Counted from the stretch's first letter, positions 13,791-22,332 are shown. The stretch: DNA of 64,000 nt from an uncultured Planctomycetia bacterium (GCA_964629655.1 CAZVQU010000001.1:548056-612055), one strand, 5' to 3'. Made by a program: numbers and translations. The notes: generated by a model from the letters alone, not told the origin.

Positions 13791-13819
13791 GAGTTCACAA
13801 AATTCACAACTTATTCACA
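13791..13819 (+). promoter_or_regulatory. Three tandem DnaA boxes upstream of dnaA
   Basis: GAGTTCACA (13791), AAATTCACA (13800), TTATTCACA (13811), just downstream of the putative dnaA promoter TTGCAA-16-TATAAT (13869-13842, minus strand). Confidence 0.7.
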
Positions 13820-13880
13820 CTTGACCAGCGAGGCGAAAATAATTATACCGCAATAAAACTTCTTTGCAACATTTTTATAG

Positions 13881-13908
13881 TTGACACAAGGCCAATATAT
13901 GCTAAAAT
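13881..13908 (+). promoter_or_regulatory. sigma70 promoter of rpmH
   Basis: TTGACA-16 nt-TAAAAT with TG extended -10. Confidence 0.7.
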
Positions 13909-13915
13909 TTCACCT

Positions 13916-14053
13916 ATGAAAAAGAACTTAAAGACACCAACCAAGATAAAAGCCAAAAAAAAGAGAGGTTTTCGTGCCCGCAAGGCTACTGCCGGCGGCA
14001 GAAAAATCCTAAAGCGGAGAATGAAAAAGGGGCGGAAAAGGCTTACTATATGA
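13916..14053 (+). CDS. rpmH: 50S ribosomal protein L34
   Basis: Not in the ORF track. MKKNLKTPTKIKAKKKRGFRARKATAGGRKILKRRMKKGRKRLTI (45 aa), divergent from dnaA. Confidence 0.93.
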   Translation: MKKNLKTPTKIKAKKKRGFRARKATAGGRKILKRRMKKGRKRLTI

Positions 14054-14256
14054 GGAGAGTAGCCCTTTTTCTTGTAGGGATATATCGCTTTGTTTCAAAG
14101 GGTTTCCCAGGCCACTGCGTTTATCTTCCAACTTGTTCAGAATATGCCCAGGAAGCTTTCTCAAAACACTCTTTTTTTAAGGCCTCAAAGCTTACCCTTT
14201 GTCGCATCCTCCGATGCAATCCTCTTATGAAAGGGGGGTTTGACCCTGTAAAGTAA
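14050..14256 (+). CDS. yidD: Membrane protein insertion efficiency factor
   Basis: C.Y.PTCSEY and RILRCNP..KGGFDPV. Confidence 0.93.
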   Translation: MRRVALFLVGIYRFVSKGFPGHCVYLPTCSEYAQEAFSKHSFFKASKLTLCRILRCNPLMKGGFDPVK

Positions 14257-14257
14257 T

Positions 14258-15709
14258 ATGGAAAAACGACTTTTTTTAGCATTTTCTATAACCCTTGTTT
14301 TTTTTATTGTTTATTCGCAGCTTGTTGCTAAGTTTGTTCCGCAACCTGTTCCGGTTCAAGGTGATAGCAAAGAACAAGGGGGACCGATGGGGTCCGGCCA
14401 GCTTCCCCCAGAGATTTCTCGAGACACCTCTCCTCTAGCTCTCGAAGAGAAGGAAGAGCTTGTAGATTTGCCACAAGCTTTTATAGGTAATTTTATTGTA
14501 ACATACTCTCCTGTAGGAGGTTACATAAAAAAAATTGCTATAGGCAATGAGGAATATGAGCTTCCTTTTCAAAATATAGGTTTTTTGCCCGAAGACCGCG
14601 ACAAGCAATTTACTCCTAATCTTGGAGATCGGAGTATTAAATTCAAAGGGCCAAGGGGCCAGAAAAAGGAATTCATCTTCAAGGATTACACCATGGAAAT
14701 AAGGCTTGACCCTCCTCCGGCAACGCCGCTAGTTTTATTCTCTAACTATTTGAGCTCCAGTATGTTAGACCAAAGATACCAAGAGATTTTCTACTCCCAA
14801 AATAGGGATTTGAAGAGAGCCTCGCCAAGAAAAATAAAGGATGATACCTATAATAATATAGAATTTGCCGGGGCCAGAGACAGATACCATTGTTTTTCTT
14901 TGCTTAAAGGAGCTTATGACTTAAGGTGGGTGAATGAGGACAAGAAAAGAATCCATCTGTACCTGTCTTCCCCTGGTGAGCAGACTTTCGTTTATATAGG
15001 TCCGCAAGTGGAAAAAGAGCTAGAACATTTTGGCCTGCAAGGGATTATGTACTATGGGTTCTTCCATGGCATAGCTGTGGTAATGATAAAACTTCTCTAT
15101 CTTTTGTACGGGCTGGTTAAGAACTGGGGTTGGAGTATTGTTTTGTTCTCGGCTTCAGTCTCTCTAATCCTCTTCCCGTTTACCTCCAAAAGTAGTAAGG
15201 CAATGCGGAAGATGCAGCAAATTCAACCCGAAATCGAGGAGTTAAAGACAAAGTACAAGGAAAATCCTCAAAAGCTCCAGAAAGAGACCATCGAGCTATA
15301 TCGCAAATACAAGATAAACCCTTTAGGGGGATGCTTGCCCTTATTGTTCCAAATTCCAGTAATTATGGCTTTTTATCAGGTTGTCTACCGGTTTGTAGAG
15401 CTTAAAGGGGCAAGTTTCTTGTGGATCAAGGATCTTTCTTCTCCAGACCGATTTGCAGCGCTGCCTTTTCCAGCCCCTGTAAATTATTTGAATCTCCTCC
15501 CTATTTTGCTGATGTGTATGGGAATTCTTCAGCAAAAAATAACCACCTCTTCCTCTACAGCTTCACAACAGAAAACTATGGGCTTATTCTTTGCTGTGTT
15601 TATCGGAGTTATCTTTTATGGATTTCCTGCAGCCCTAACTCTTTACTGGCTTATCCAGAACATATTTACCTTAACTTATCAAACACGCCTATCCCGGGCT
15701 CAAGCCTAA
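14258..15709 (+). CDS. yidC: Membrane protein insertase YidC
   Basis: NWGWSIV, MQQIQPEI, INPLGGCLPLLFQIP, FLWIKDLSSPD, LYW. Confidence 0.96.
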   Translation: MEKRLFLAFSITLVFFIVYSQLVAKFVPQPVPVQGDSKEQGGPMGSGQLPPEISRDTSPLALEEKEELVDLPQAFIGNFIVTYSPVGGYIKKIAIGNEEYELPFQNIGFLPEDRDKQFTPNLGDRSIKFKGPRGQKKEFIFKDYTMEIRLDPPPATPLVLFSNYLSSSMLDQRYQEIFYSQNRDLKRASPRKIKDDTYNNIEFAGARDRYHCFSLLKGAYDLRWVNEDKKRIHLYLSSPGEQTFVYIGPQVEKELEHFGLQGIMYYGFFHGIAVVMIKLLYLLYGLVKNWGWSIVLFSASVSLILFPFTSKSSKAMRKMQQIQPEIEELKTKYKENPQKLQKETIELYRKYKINPLGGCLPLLFQIPVIMAFYQVVYRFVELKGASFLWIKDLSSPDRFAALPFPAPVNYLNLLPILLMCMGILQQKITTSSSTASQQKTMGLFFAVFIGVIFYGFPAALTLYWLIQNIFTLTYQTRLSRAQA

Positions 15710-15756
15710 GGTATTCCTTTATATCCGCTAACCTGTTTTTACTCGTAACGGTCTGC

Positions 15757-15950
15757 GTTTCCACGTGAAAACGCAAAAAAGTGTGATAATACCTCACTTT
15801 GTCAGAGGTGGCAAATTAGGCAATGCCGTTTCCACGTGAAAACCCAACAATGCAGGCGATACCGTTTTCACGTGAAAACGCGAAAAAGCTCGATAATACC
15901 GCACTTTACAAGGGGTGGCAAATTAATCTCTGCCGTTTCCACGTGAAAAC
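15757..15950. repeat. Four parS-like palindromes (GTTTYCACGTGAAAAC) in a 107-bp tandem duplication
   Basis: Sites at 15757-15772, 15828-15843, 15864-15879 (perfect palindrome) and 15935-15950, directly upstream of parA. Confidence 0.85.
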
Positions 15951-15960
15951 GCGAAAAAGC

Positions 15961-15988
15961 TTGACATTGCCACGCTTTCTATTAAAAT
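15961..15988 (+). promoter_or_regulatory. sigma70 promoter of parAB
   Basis: TTGACA-16 nt-TAAAAT, 10 bp after the last parS site. Confidence 0.7.
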
Positions 15989-15995
15989 GAACAAT

Positions 15996-16787
15996 ATGGG
16001 CAAGGTGATTGGTATTTGCAATCAAAAAGGCGGAACTGGCAAGACGACCACAGCCATTAATCTAAGCTCAATTTTGGGCCTAGCCGAGAAAAAGACCTTG
16101 CTTATAGATATGGATCCCCAGGGTAATGCTACTTCAGGGGTTGGGTTTAATAGCCAAGAGAAAAACTCAATTTATGATGTAATTATGGACAAGGCCAACT
16201 TGTCCGAAAGTATTTACCCCACTCAGTGGCCCAATCTGCATATTATTCCTTCGGACATTTCTCTTACTGGTGGAGAAATCGAGCTAGTCAATATTGAAAA
16301 TAGAGAGTTACGGCTAAGAGATAAGATCGAGGCCATAAAAGATGACTTTTCCTATATTATTATCGATGCGCCACCGTCTTTAAGTTTGCTTGCAGTAAAC
16401 GTTTTGGCTGCTTCTGACAGTTTGATTATCCCAATCCAATGTGAATACTATGCTTTGGAGGGAGTTTCTAAATTAGTTAATACCATAGAATTAGTCCGTG
16501 AAAGGATGAGTCCTTCTTTAGATATTGAAGGGGTGCTTCTTACCATGGGGGATTTCCGTACTCGTCTTACCTTACAAGTAATAGAGGAGGTACGAAATTT
16601 TTTCCAGAAGAAAACATTTAATATTATTGTGCCTCGGAACATCAGGCTTGCTGAGGCGCCTAGCTTTGGTAAACCAATATGCTTTTATGATCCAGCTTGC
16701 GTAGGCAACAAGGCCTACTTGAATTTAGCCCAGGAAGTATTAAAGGAAAAAATAGAAATTAATCAATTAGCAAAGACAAGGAGTTAA
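15996..16787 (+). CDS. parA: Chromosome partition ATPase ParA/Soj
   Basis: NQKGGTGKTTT, DMDPQGNAT, IIIDAPP, QCEYYALEG. Start moved from 15987 to 15996 (MGKVI...) because 15987 lies inside the -10 element. Confidence 0.95.
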   Translation: MGKVIGICNQKGGTGKTTTAINLSSILGLAEKKTLLIDMDPQGNATSGVGFNSQEKNSIYDVIMDKANLSESIYPTQWPNLHIIPSDISLTGGEIELVNIENRELRLRDKIEAIKDDFSYIIIDAPPSLSLLAVNVLAASDSLIIPIQCEYYALEGVSKLVNTIELVRERMSPSLDIEGVLLTMGDFRTRLTLQVIEEVRNFFQKKTFNIIVPRNIRLAEAPSFGKPICFYDPACVGNKAYLNLAQEVLKEKIEINQLAKTRS

Positions 16788-16788
16788 A

Positions 16789-17616
16789 ATGGAGAGAAAG
16801 GTTTTGGGCAGGGGGCTAGACGCGCTTATCCCTAAGAAGACAGCGGCGATGCTACCGCGAGAGTTCAGTTATTTACCGGTGAGCAAGGTAAGGCCAGCTA
16901 AGCGCCAACCTCGGCAAGAAGTAAGCAAGAAGGAATTAGGAGAGCTAACTCGGTCGATTAAAGAGAAGGGGTTTATCCAGCCGATTGTAGTAAGGCAAGT
17001 CAGTGGTGGAACCTATGAAATTGTGGCTGGAGAGAGAAGGTATCAGGCTGCTAAGTCATTGGGGCTCAAGGAGATACCAACAATTATTAAAGAGCTAGAT
17101 GATAAGGATGCCTTTATTTTGGCAATCGTTGAGAACCTCCAGCGTCAGGATTTAAATCCAATAGAAGAAGCCCAAGCCTTTAAGCGGCTGTTTGAAGAGT
17201 TTAAATTTTCCTTAGAGGACATTGCTCAATTTGTTAGTAAAGACAAGACCACGGTAGTTAACACCTTGCGGTTGCTCAGGCTGCCTGATAAGATAAAGCA
17301 AGCTTTGCAGGAGGGGGTAATCACTCGGACTCAGGCCCGGACAATCTTAGGGGTGGAAAAACTCCAAGCCCAAGAAAAGCTATTCCACCAAATTCTAAGA
17401 GATGGTCTCTCAGTTAGAGAGATAGAAAAAAAAGTTCGGCTGGTATCAAAGAAGAAGAGAAAAGCAGATCCTTTTATCATTGAAGTAGAGGAGAGGTTTC
17501 AAAAATTACTGGGGACCAAAGTTAAGGTCTTTAACAAAAGGAATAATCGTGGTAGAATTGTTGTCGAATATTATTCCCTGGAGGACTTAGAGAGAATCAT
17601 TAAGAGACTGGGGTAA
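16789..17616 (+). CDS. parB: Chromosome partition protein ParB/Spo0J
   Basis: LGRGLDALI, AGERRYQA (CTPase box), ENLQRQDLNPIEEA, HTH. Confidence 0.96.
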   Translation: MERKVLGRGLDALIPKKTAAMLPREFSYLPVSKVRPAKRQPRQEVSKKELGELTRSIKEKGFIQPIVVRQVSGGTYEIVAGERRYQAAKSLGLKEIPTIIKELDDKDAFILAIVENLQRQDLNPIEEAQAFKRLFEEFKFSLEDIAQFVSKDKTTVVNTLRLLRLPDKIKQALQEGVITRTQARTILGVEKLQAQEKLFHQILRDGLSVREIEKKVRLVSKKKRKADPFIIEVEERFQKLLGTKVKVFNKRNNRGRIVVEYYSLEDLERIIKRLG

Positions 17617-17652
17617 AATCTCGTAAGTTTTTAGAAGGAGGTTTGTAAGCGA

Positions 17653-18159
17653 ATGGAAAACGAAGCTACCTTAGTTATTATTAAACCCGATGGGCTGAAA
17701 AAATCCCTTACCGGGAATATCTTAAGTAGGCTTTCTGAGGGTAAGTTGAAAATAATCGGAGCCAAAGTAATAAAAGTAGATATTAAGTTAGCCCATGAAC
17801 ACTATCACCATCTTCAGAAAGAACCGTTTTATCCGGAATTAACCAAATATATTACCGGCCAGCTTCACGGCGAGAACAGGGTTATGGCCCTTGTCTATTG
17901 GGGTGAGGATGCTATAAAAAAAGTTAGAGCTATAGCCGGCGAGACTAATCCTGAGCAAGCCGATCCGATAAGTATAAGGGGTGCCTACGGAAGGATTCTA
18001 ACAACTGGTTTGTTTGAGAATGCAATTCATGCCTCAAGCAGCATCGAGGAAGCTGAGAGGGAGATAAAACTTTGGTTTGAGCCAGATGAGATTGTTTATG
18101 CGCTTTATCCCTCAAAAAAAGTAGCCGAAGGAAATGGCAAAAAGGAGATTTGGGCATGA
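17653..18159 (+). CDS. ndk: Nucleoside diphosphate kinase
   Basis: TLVIIKPDG, G.TNP..A...SIRG, NAIHAS, EREIKLWF. Confidence 0.93.
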   Translation: MENEATLVIIKPDGLKKSLTGNILSRLSEGKLKIIGAKVIKVDIKLAHEHYHHLQKEPFYPELTKYITGQLHGENRVMALVYWGEDAIKKVRAIAGETNPEQADPISIRGAYGRILTTGLFENAIHASSSIEEAEREIKLWFEPDEIVYALYPSKKVAEGNGKKEIWA

Positions 18160-18938
18160 GATCAATGACTGCTTATGCTTCTGCCCAAAGAAGCAGAGGG
18201 CTTCAAACTGTTCAGGTAATTCTGCGCTCCCTAAATTTTAAATATCTGGATGTCTGCATTCATAACTTACCAGTTGAGGATATCTTGGTAGAGGAGAAGG
18301 TTAAACGAGAGATTAAAAAGAAGGTTCATCGCGGGAAGGTTGAAGTTTTTATCTTCTCAGCTAAACCACAGTCTAAGAAAATATATGTTGATGAAAGGGT
18401 AGTTTCCGGTTATATCTCCCAGATAAAAGCTTTAGGGAAAAAGCATAGTTTAAAGGCGGAGATAAACATAAGTGATATTTTGAGCTTGCCTCAAGCAATA
18501 TCTTGGAGACACAGAGGCAAGATTGATGAAGGGTTGATGCTGCCGGTGATAGATGAAGCCCTGAGCAGGTTCGTAAGATTTAAAGAAAAAGAAGGCCGGG
18601 CTATAAAGAATGAGATCAAAGATAACCTTGCCAAGCTAAAGAGTAATGTAGAGAAGATCAAAAAACAGAAACCCAAGGTTAGTAAGATCGAAAATGGGAA
18701 AGAGGATATCGACGAAGAGCTTTCTCTGACATTATTTTACATAAGCAAAATAGAGAATAAGATTAACTCTAAAAAATGGACACCTCAGGGGAGGGCAATA
18801 GATTTTTTAACCCAAGAGATTTTAAGAGAGCTGAGCGCTGCTGCCAGCAAAACCAAAAAGAAAAACTTAGCCTTATTGATAATTGAAGGGAAGAATTATC
18901 TGGAAAGAATAAAAGAACAGGCGCAGAATATAGAATGA
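18156..18938 (+). CDS. yicC: YicC/YloC family protein
   Basis: MRSMTAY, RSLNFKYLD, GRAIDFLTQEI.RE, ERIKEQAQNIE; upstream of gmk. Confidence 0.85.
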   Translation: MRSMTAYASAQRSRGLQTVQVILRSLNFKYLDVCIHNLPVEDILVEEKVKREIKKKVHRGKVEVFIFSAKPQSKKIYVDERVVSGYISQIKALGKKHSLKAEINISDILSLPQAISWRHRGKIDEGLMLPVIDEALSRFVRFKEKEGRAIKNEIKDNLAKLKSNVEKIKKQKPKVSKIENGKEDIDEELSLTLFYISKIENKINSKKWTPQGRAIDFLTQEILRELSAAASKTKKKNLALLIIEGKNYLERIKEQAQNIE

Positions 18939-19507
18939 AAAATCCAGCAGTTTTTGTTATTTCGGGACCAGGAGGGGCAGGCAAGACTACTATTGTTGAG
19001 AAACTATTCTTATGCGAGAAGATAAAAAAAGATTTCATAAAAGGAATAACAATCACCACTCGAAAGAGGCGGCCTCAGGAAAAAGAGGGTAAGGATTATT
19101 TCTTTATTGAGAAGGAAGAGTTCTTAAGATTAAAGAAGAGGAAGTTTTTTCTCGAAAGCCAGGAGGTTTTAGAGAACCACTATGGGACGCCAAAGATTCT
19201 TTATGCTTTAGCCAAAAGGGAAGGCAAAAGCCTTGTTTTGTGTATCGACGTTAAGGGGGGGATGTGTCTTAAAAAAGACCCAAAGGTTAAGAAGGTAACT
19301 ACCATTTTTCTTGTTGCTCCATCAGAAAAAGAGCTTTACCGGCGGATGAAAAAGAGGGACGAGAAAAAAGGGGTAATCCAAAAAAGAGTGAAGCTTGCAA
19401 AAAAAGAGTTGCAATTTTCCAAGCTCTACGATTACCTAGTAACAAATCGGAATATAAAAGATACCCTAAAGGAATTAGAAGGAATTATTCTCAACGCAAG
19501 CAACTAG
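18935..19507 (+). CDS. gmk: Guanylate kinase
   Basis: VISGPGGAGKTT, TTRKRRPQEKEGKDYFF, YGTP. Confidence 0.94.
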   Translation: MKNPAVFVISGPGGAGKTTIVEKLFLCEKIKKDFIKGITITTRKRRPQEKEGKDYFFIEKEEFLRLKKRKFFLESQEVLENHYGTPKILYALAKREGKSLVLCIDVKGGMCLKKDPKVKKVTTIFLVAPSEKELYRRMKKRDEKKGVIQKRVKLAKKELQFSKLYDYLVTNRNIKDTLKELEGIILNASN

Positions 19508-19542
19508 ATTATATTTAACACGATTAATTTTCGGAGGTTAAA

Positions 19543-19746
19543 ATGTACGAAGTAAATATTCCTTTAGAGAAACTTTTAGAAGCAAGTGAGGGTTCTATTT
19601 ACAAGATAACTATTTTAGCTGCGAAACGAGCAATTACTTTAACCGATGGGGAGAAACCTTTGGTCGAGAAACCTGGTGAGAAGGTTTTGGATAATGCTAT
19701 AAGGGAAATCAAGAGCGGAAAGATAAAGGTGAAAAGTAAAAAATAG
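19543..19746 (+). CDS. rpoZ: RNA polymerase omega subunit
   Basis: SIYKITILAAKRA...AIREI..GKI; follows gmk; GGAGG RBS. Confidence 0.88.
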   Translation: MYEVNIPLEKLLEASEGSIYKITILAAKRAITLTDGEKPLVEKPGEKVLDNAIREIKSGKIKVKSKK

Positions 19747-19798
19747 CTGTCTTCGGGAATCTTTAAAGAAGAAAAGTAAAGAAATGATATCAAACAGT

Positions 19799-19873
19799 GG
19801 CGTGGTAGCCAAGTGGTAAGGCAGCGGTCTGCAAAACCGCTACGCGCCGGTTCAAATCCGGCCCACGCCTCCA
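19799..19873 (+). tRNA. tRNA-Cys(GCA)
   Basis: Acceptor GGCGTGG/CCACGCC, anticodon arm GCGGT-CTGCAAA-ACCGC, encoded CCA. Confidence 0.95.
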
Positions 19874-19900
19874 AAATAAAAATCGTAAGCAATAAAATAT

Positions 19901-19986
19901 GCCGGGGTGTTGGAATTGGCAGACAACACAGACTTAAAATCTGTTGTTCCGTAAGGAACGTGCGGGTTCGAGTCCCGCCTCCGGCA
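19901..19986 (+). tRNA. tRNA-Leu(TAA)
   Basis: Anticodon arm ACAGA-CTTAAAA-TCTGT, long variable arm, TTCGAGT T loop. Confidence 0.95.
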
Positions 19987-20002
19987 TATTTTTATTTAGA
20001 GC

Positions 20003-20076
20003 GGGCGATTAGCTCAGTTGGCTAGAGTACTTCCTTGACATGGAAGGGGTCACAGGTTCAAGTCCTGTATCGCCCA
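20003..20076 (+). tRNA. tRNA-Val(GAC)
   Basis: Acceptor GGGCGAT/ATCGCCC, anticodon arm CTTCC-TTGACAT-GGAAG. Confidence 0.95.
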
Positions 20077-20120
20077 TGGTTTTATATTATTTAGTGGAGG
20101 AAGAGGCACCAAAAGTTTAT

Positions 20121-20149
20121 TTGACAGCACAAGAAAAGTTATCTATAAT
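20121..20149 (+). promoter_or_regulatory. Consensus sigma70 promoter of tRNA-Asp
   Basis: TTGACA-17 nt-TATAAT. Confidence 0.8.
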
Positions 20150-20161
20150 CTTACATCTGTC

Positions 20162-20240
20162 GGGGTTGTCGATTAGCCTGGCTTAAGTCCCCTGCCTGTC
20201 ACGCAGGTGATCGTGGGTTCAAATCCCATCGACCCCGCCA
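20162..20240 (+). tRNA. tRNA-Asp(GTC), likely integration site of the island
   Basis: Acceptor GGGGTTG/CGACCCC, anticodon arm CCTGC-CTGTCAC-GCAGG, ends GCCA. Confidence 0.93.
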
Positions 20241-21911
20241 TTGAAACCAATTCGAACTCTTGTTCTTCTCATCGAGAAGGGCAAGAGTTTTTGCTTTTAT
20301 ATGGGCCAGATAATAAGGCTTAAACTTCCCTTCCTGAGCATTAACCACCGAATAGAAGTCATTATCAGAATCCAACACAGGCTCAAGTGCTATCGGGGAT
20401 AGGAGCTCTTTTAAGGCAAGCCCTGCAGAGGTGGCATTCTTGCTAAGGGTTTCACGTAAACGTCTTAAACGGTGTCTTATCCATTCTGCAGGAGGGGATT
20501 TAAAGGTGTTCTGCTTCTGGAATTCTAGAGATTTTATCTCTTCTGTTAACAACTCAAATCTCGATTCACAGTGCTTTAATGCCTCGGATACGGCCTTTGA
20601 AAAGTTACCTAACTTAATGTAATTAAGGTAGTTTTGCATCTCCAAAGAAAGCTTATCATATTGGGCTCTTTTCTTTTTAGTAGTCTCAGGGTTGGTGTTT
20701 AATCTTTTTGCTATTTCGGTTTCTAGATTCTTGTAAATGTAGCTTACATTATCGGGAGTTAAGATCTTTTCTTGCAATGCAGCGAGGATGATTTTTTCTA
20801 TGCGTTTACGGGATACCAGTAATTTATTAGTACAGGTTTTACGCCGAAAATTATAACAACCGTAGTAACCGCCGCCTTTTCCGCTGACAAGAACAATTGG
20901 CCCGTTACAACAGTGGCATTTCATGGTTCTTGAAAAAAGATGAGTTGGGGCACAATGGACATAACTTCTTTGTTTTTGGCCGCTCGCTCTTGCCTTTTGA
21001 GATAGAGGATAGGCGCCTACCATTTTGGACCATCTTTCTTGGGTTTTATTCCAAACATCCTGCTCAATAATTATTAAATCTTTTCTGGGTGTGGATAAAT
21101 GTTCTTTTTCGGGGCGTGAAACAATTTTCTTTTTTCCGGTTAAAGGATCTCTTACAGTTTTGGTTGTTTTCCATATCCATATACCGATATACTTTTTGTT
21201 CTGTAAGATTCTACGTAAACTGGAAATATTCCAACCGCCGGAAAGGCCGCGTTTAGTAGGGATTTTGCCCTCATTGAGGGCTGCCGCTATTTTCCGTAAG
21301 CTTTTACCTCTGGAGAATTCAGTGAATATTCTTTTTACTATATCGGCTTGCTCAGGATTTATTTTATGAACCATCCCATCATGTTTTGCTTCGCCTCTTT
21401 TACCAACCCTTAGCTCGCCGACCGGTTCGGTAAAATAACCAAATACATTCTCGCCTACACTAAAGCCGCGGATTTTCTGGCCTTCTAGTCCACGCATAGT
21501 TTTCTTTTTGAGGTCATCAAGATAAAGCTCATTCATTAGCCCGCGCAGATGAATGCCTAATTTTGAATTATCGTCATCAGTAGAAATACCGTCGGAAACA
21601 GAAGTAATCTTTATCTGCAGATAGTTGAATTTTAGAACCAAAGTTAACATCTGATGGTTGCTTCGCGATATCCGAGATAAGTCGTCTACAATTACAGTAT
21701 CAAATTCTTTATTCTCAGCAGCTTTCTCCAAAGCCTGCAACCCGGGCCGGTCAACAATAGAACCCGAGATTGCCTCATCAATGTAGATATGCTCATCTTC
21801 CACAAGAAAGTTATTTTTGCTGGCATAGTCTTTGCATACGCGTATTTGATCGTCAATACTCCTAGCGCTTTGGTTTTCAGAGGAGTAGCGGGCATATATG
21901 GCAACTTTCAT
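20199..21911 (-). CDS. Large serine recombinase (resolvase, recombinase and Zn-ribbon domains)
   Basis: AIYARYSSENQ catalytic Ser motif, RPGL, DDLSRISR, CHCCNG...C...C zinc ribbon, coiled coil. Confidence 0.93.
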   Translation of the reverse strand: MKVAIYARYSSENQSARSIDDQIRVCKDYASKNNFLVEDEHIYIDEAISGSIVDRPGLQALEKAAENKEFDTVIVDDLSRISRSNHQMLTLVLKFNYLQIKITSVSDGISTDDDNSKLGIHLRGLMNELYLDDLKKKTMRGLEGQKIRGFSVGENVFGYFTEPVGELRVGKRGEAKHDGMVHKINPEQADIVKRIFTEFSRGKSLRKIAAALNEGKIPTKRGLSGGWNISSLRRILQNKKYIGIWIWKTTKTVRDPLTGKKKIVSRPEKEHLSTPRKDLIIIEQDVWNKTQERWSKMVGAYPLSQKARASGQKQRSYVHCAPTHLFSRTMKCHCCNGPIVLVSGKGGGYYGCYNFRRKTCTNKLLVSRKRIEKIILAALQEKILTPDNVSYIYKNLETEIAKRLNTNPETTKKKRAQYDKLSLEMQNYLNYIKLGNFSKAVSEALKHCESRFELLTEEIKSLEFQKQNTFKSPPAEWIRHRLRRLRETLSKNATSAGLALKELLSPIALEPVLDSDNDFYSVVNAQEGKFKPYYLAHIKAKTLALLDEKNKSSNWFQWRGRWDLNPRSPA

Positions 21912-22025
21912 TTTTGGCCTCTCAATGACTCCGTCAACGGCGGAGGGATTGATCCCGCCGAGTGCGGGTAAATTATCACAGAAAATTTACCCGCTATATA
22001 GCGAGGCGGGACACATTTGTTAATA

Positions 22026-22199
22026 TTATTTTTCATTTGAGAATACATCATGGTTCTTTTTGGCTATCTCTATATATTCCTCAGCGAGAATAGAGGAGAT
22101 TACATCCAGCAGATTTTTGACAGCAGGATTGTCAGGCCAATTAAAATTTATTGGCTGAATAGGTGATTTAATATGTTTAGTTAACTGTTTAATGGCCAT
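22026..22199 (-). CDS. Small hypothetical protein (57 aa) upstream of the recombinase
   Basis: Not in the ORF track. MAIKQLTKHIKSPIQPINFNWPDNPAVKNLLDVISSILAEEYIEIAKKNHDVFSNEK, downstream of a TTGACA-17-TAATAT promoter. Confidence 0.6.
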   Translation of the reverse strand: MAIKQLTKHIKSPIQPINFNWPDNPAVKNLLDVISSILAEEYIEIAKKNHDVFSNEK

Positions 22200-22210
22200 A
22201 TTTAAAATAC

Positions 22211-22312
22211 TTGATTCTTTTTAAAGACGAGCTAAAATATCATTAAATTAAAAGCAATAAAGTAATAGCAATCTATTAATACAATATTAGCAATATATTG
22301 ATAGTTTGTCAA
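22211..22312. promoter_or_regulatory. Face-to-face promoters with AGCAAT-based operator repeats
   Basis: Plus strand TTGATT-16-TAAAAT (22211-22238); minus strand TTGACA-17-TAATAT (22312-22284); repeats at 22252, 22266 and 22288. Confidence 0.55.
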
Positions 22313-22332
22313 GCAAAAAAATAGGAGTTTTT

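Noticed and set aside
15757-15950. Palindromic repeats as a CRISPR array
   Set aside because: Repeats are 16 bp, spacings are 71/36/71, spacers are homologous to each other, and no cas genes are present. parS explains them.
19599-20025. ORFs 19599-19892 and 19813-20025
   Set aside because: They overlap the tRNA-Cys, tRNA-Leu and tRNA-Val genes and are translation artefacts.
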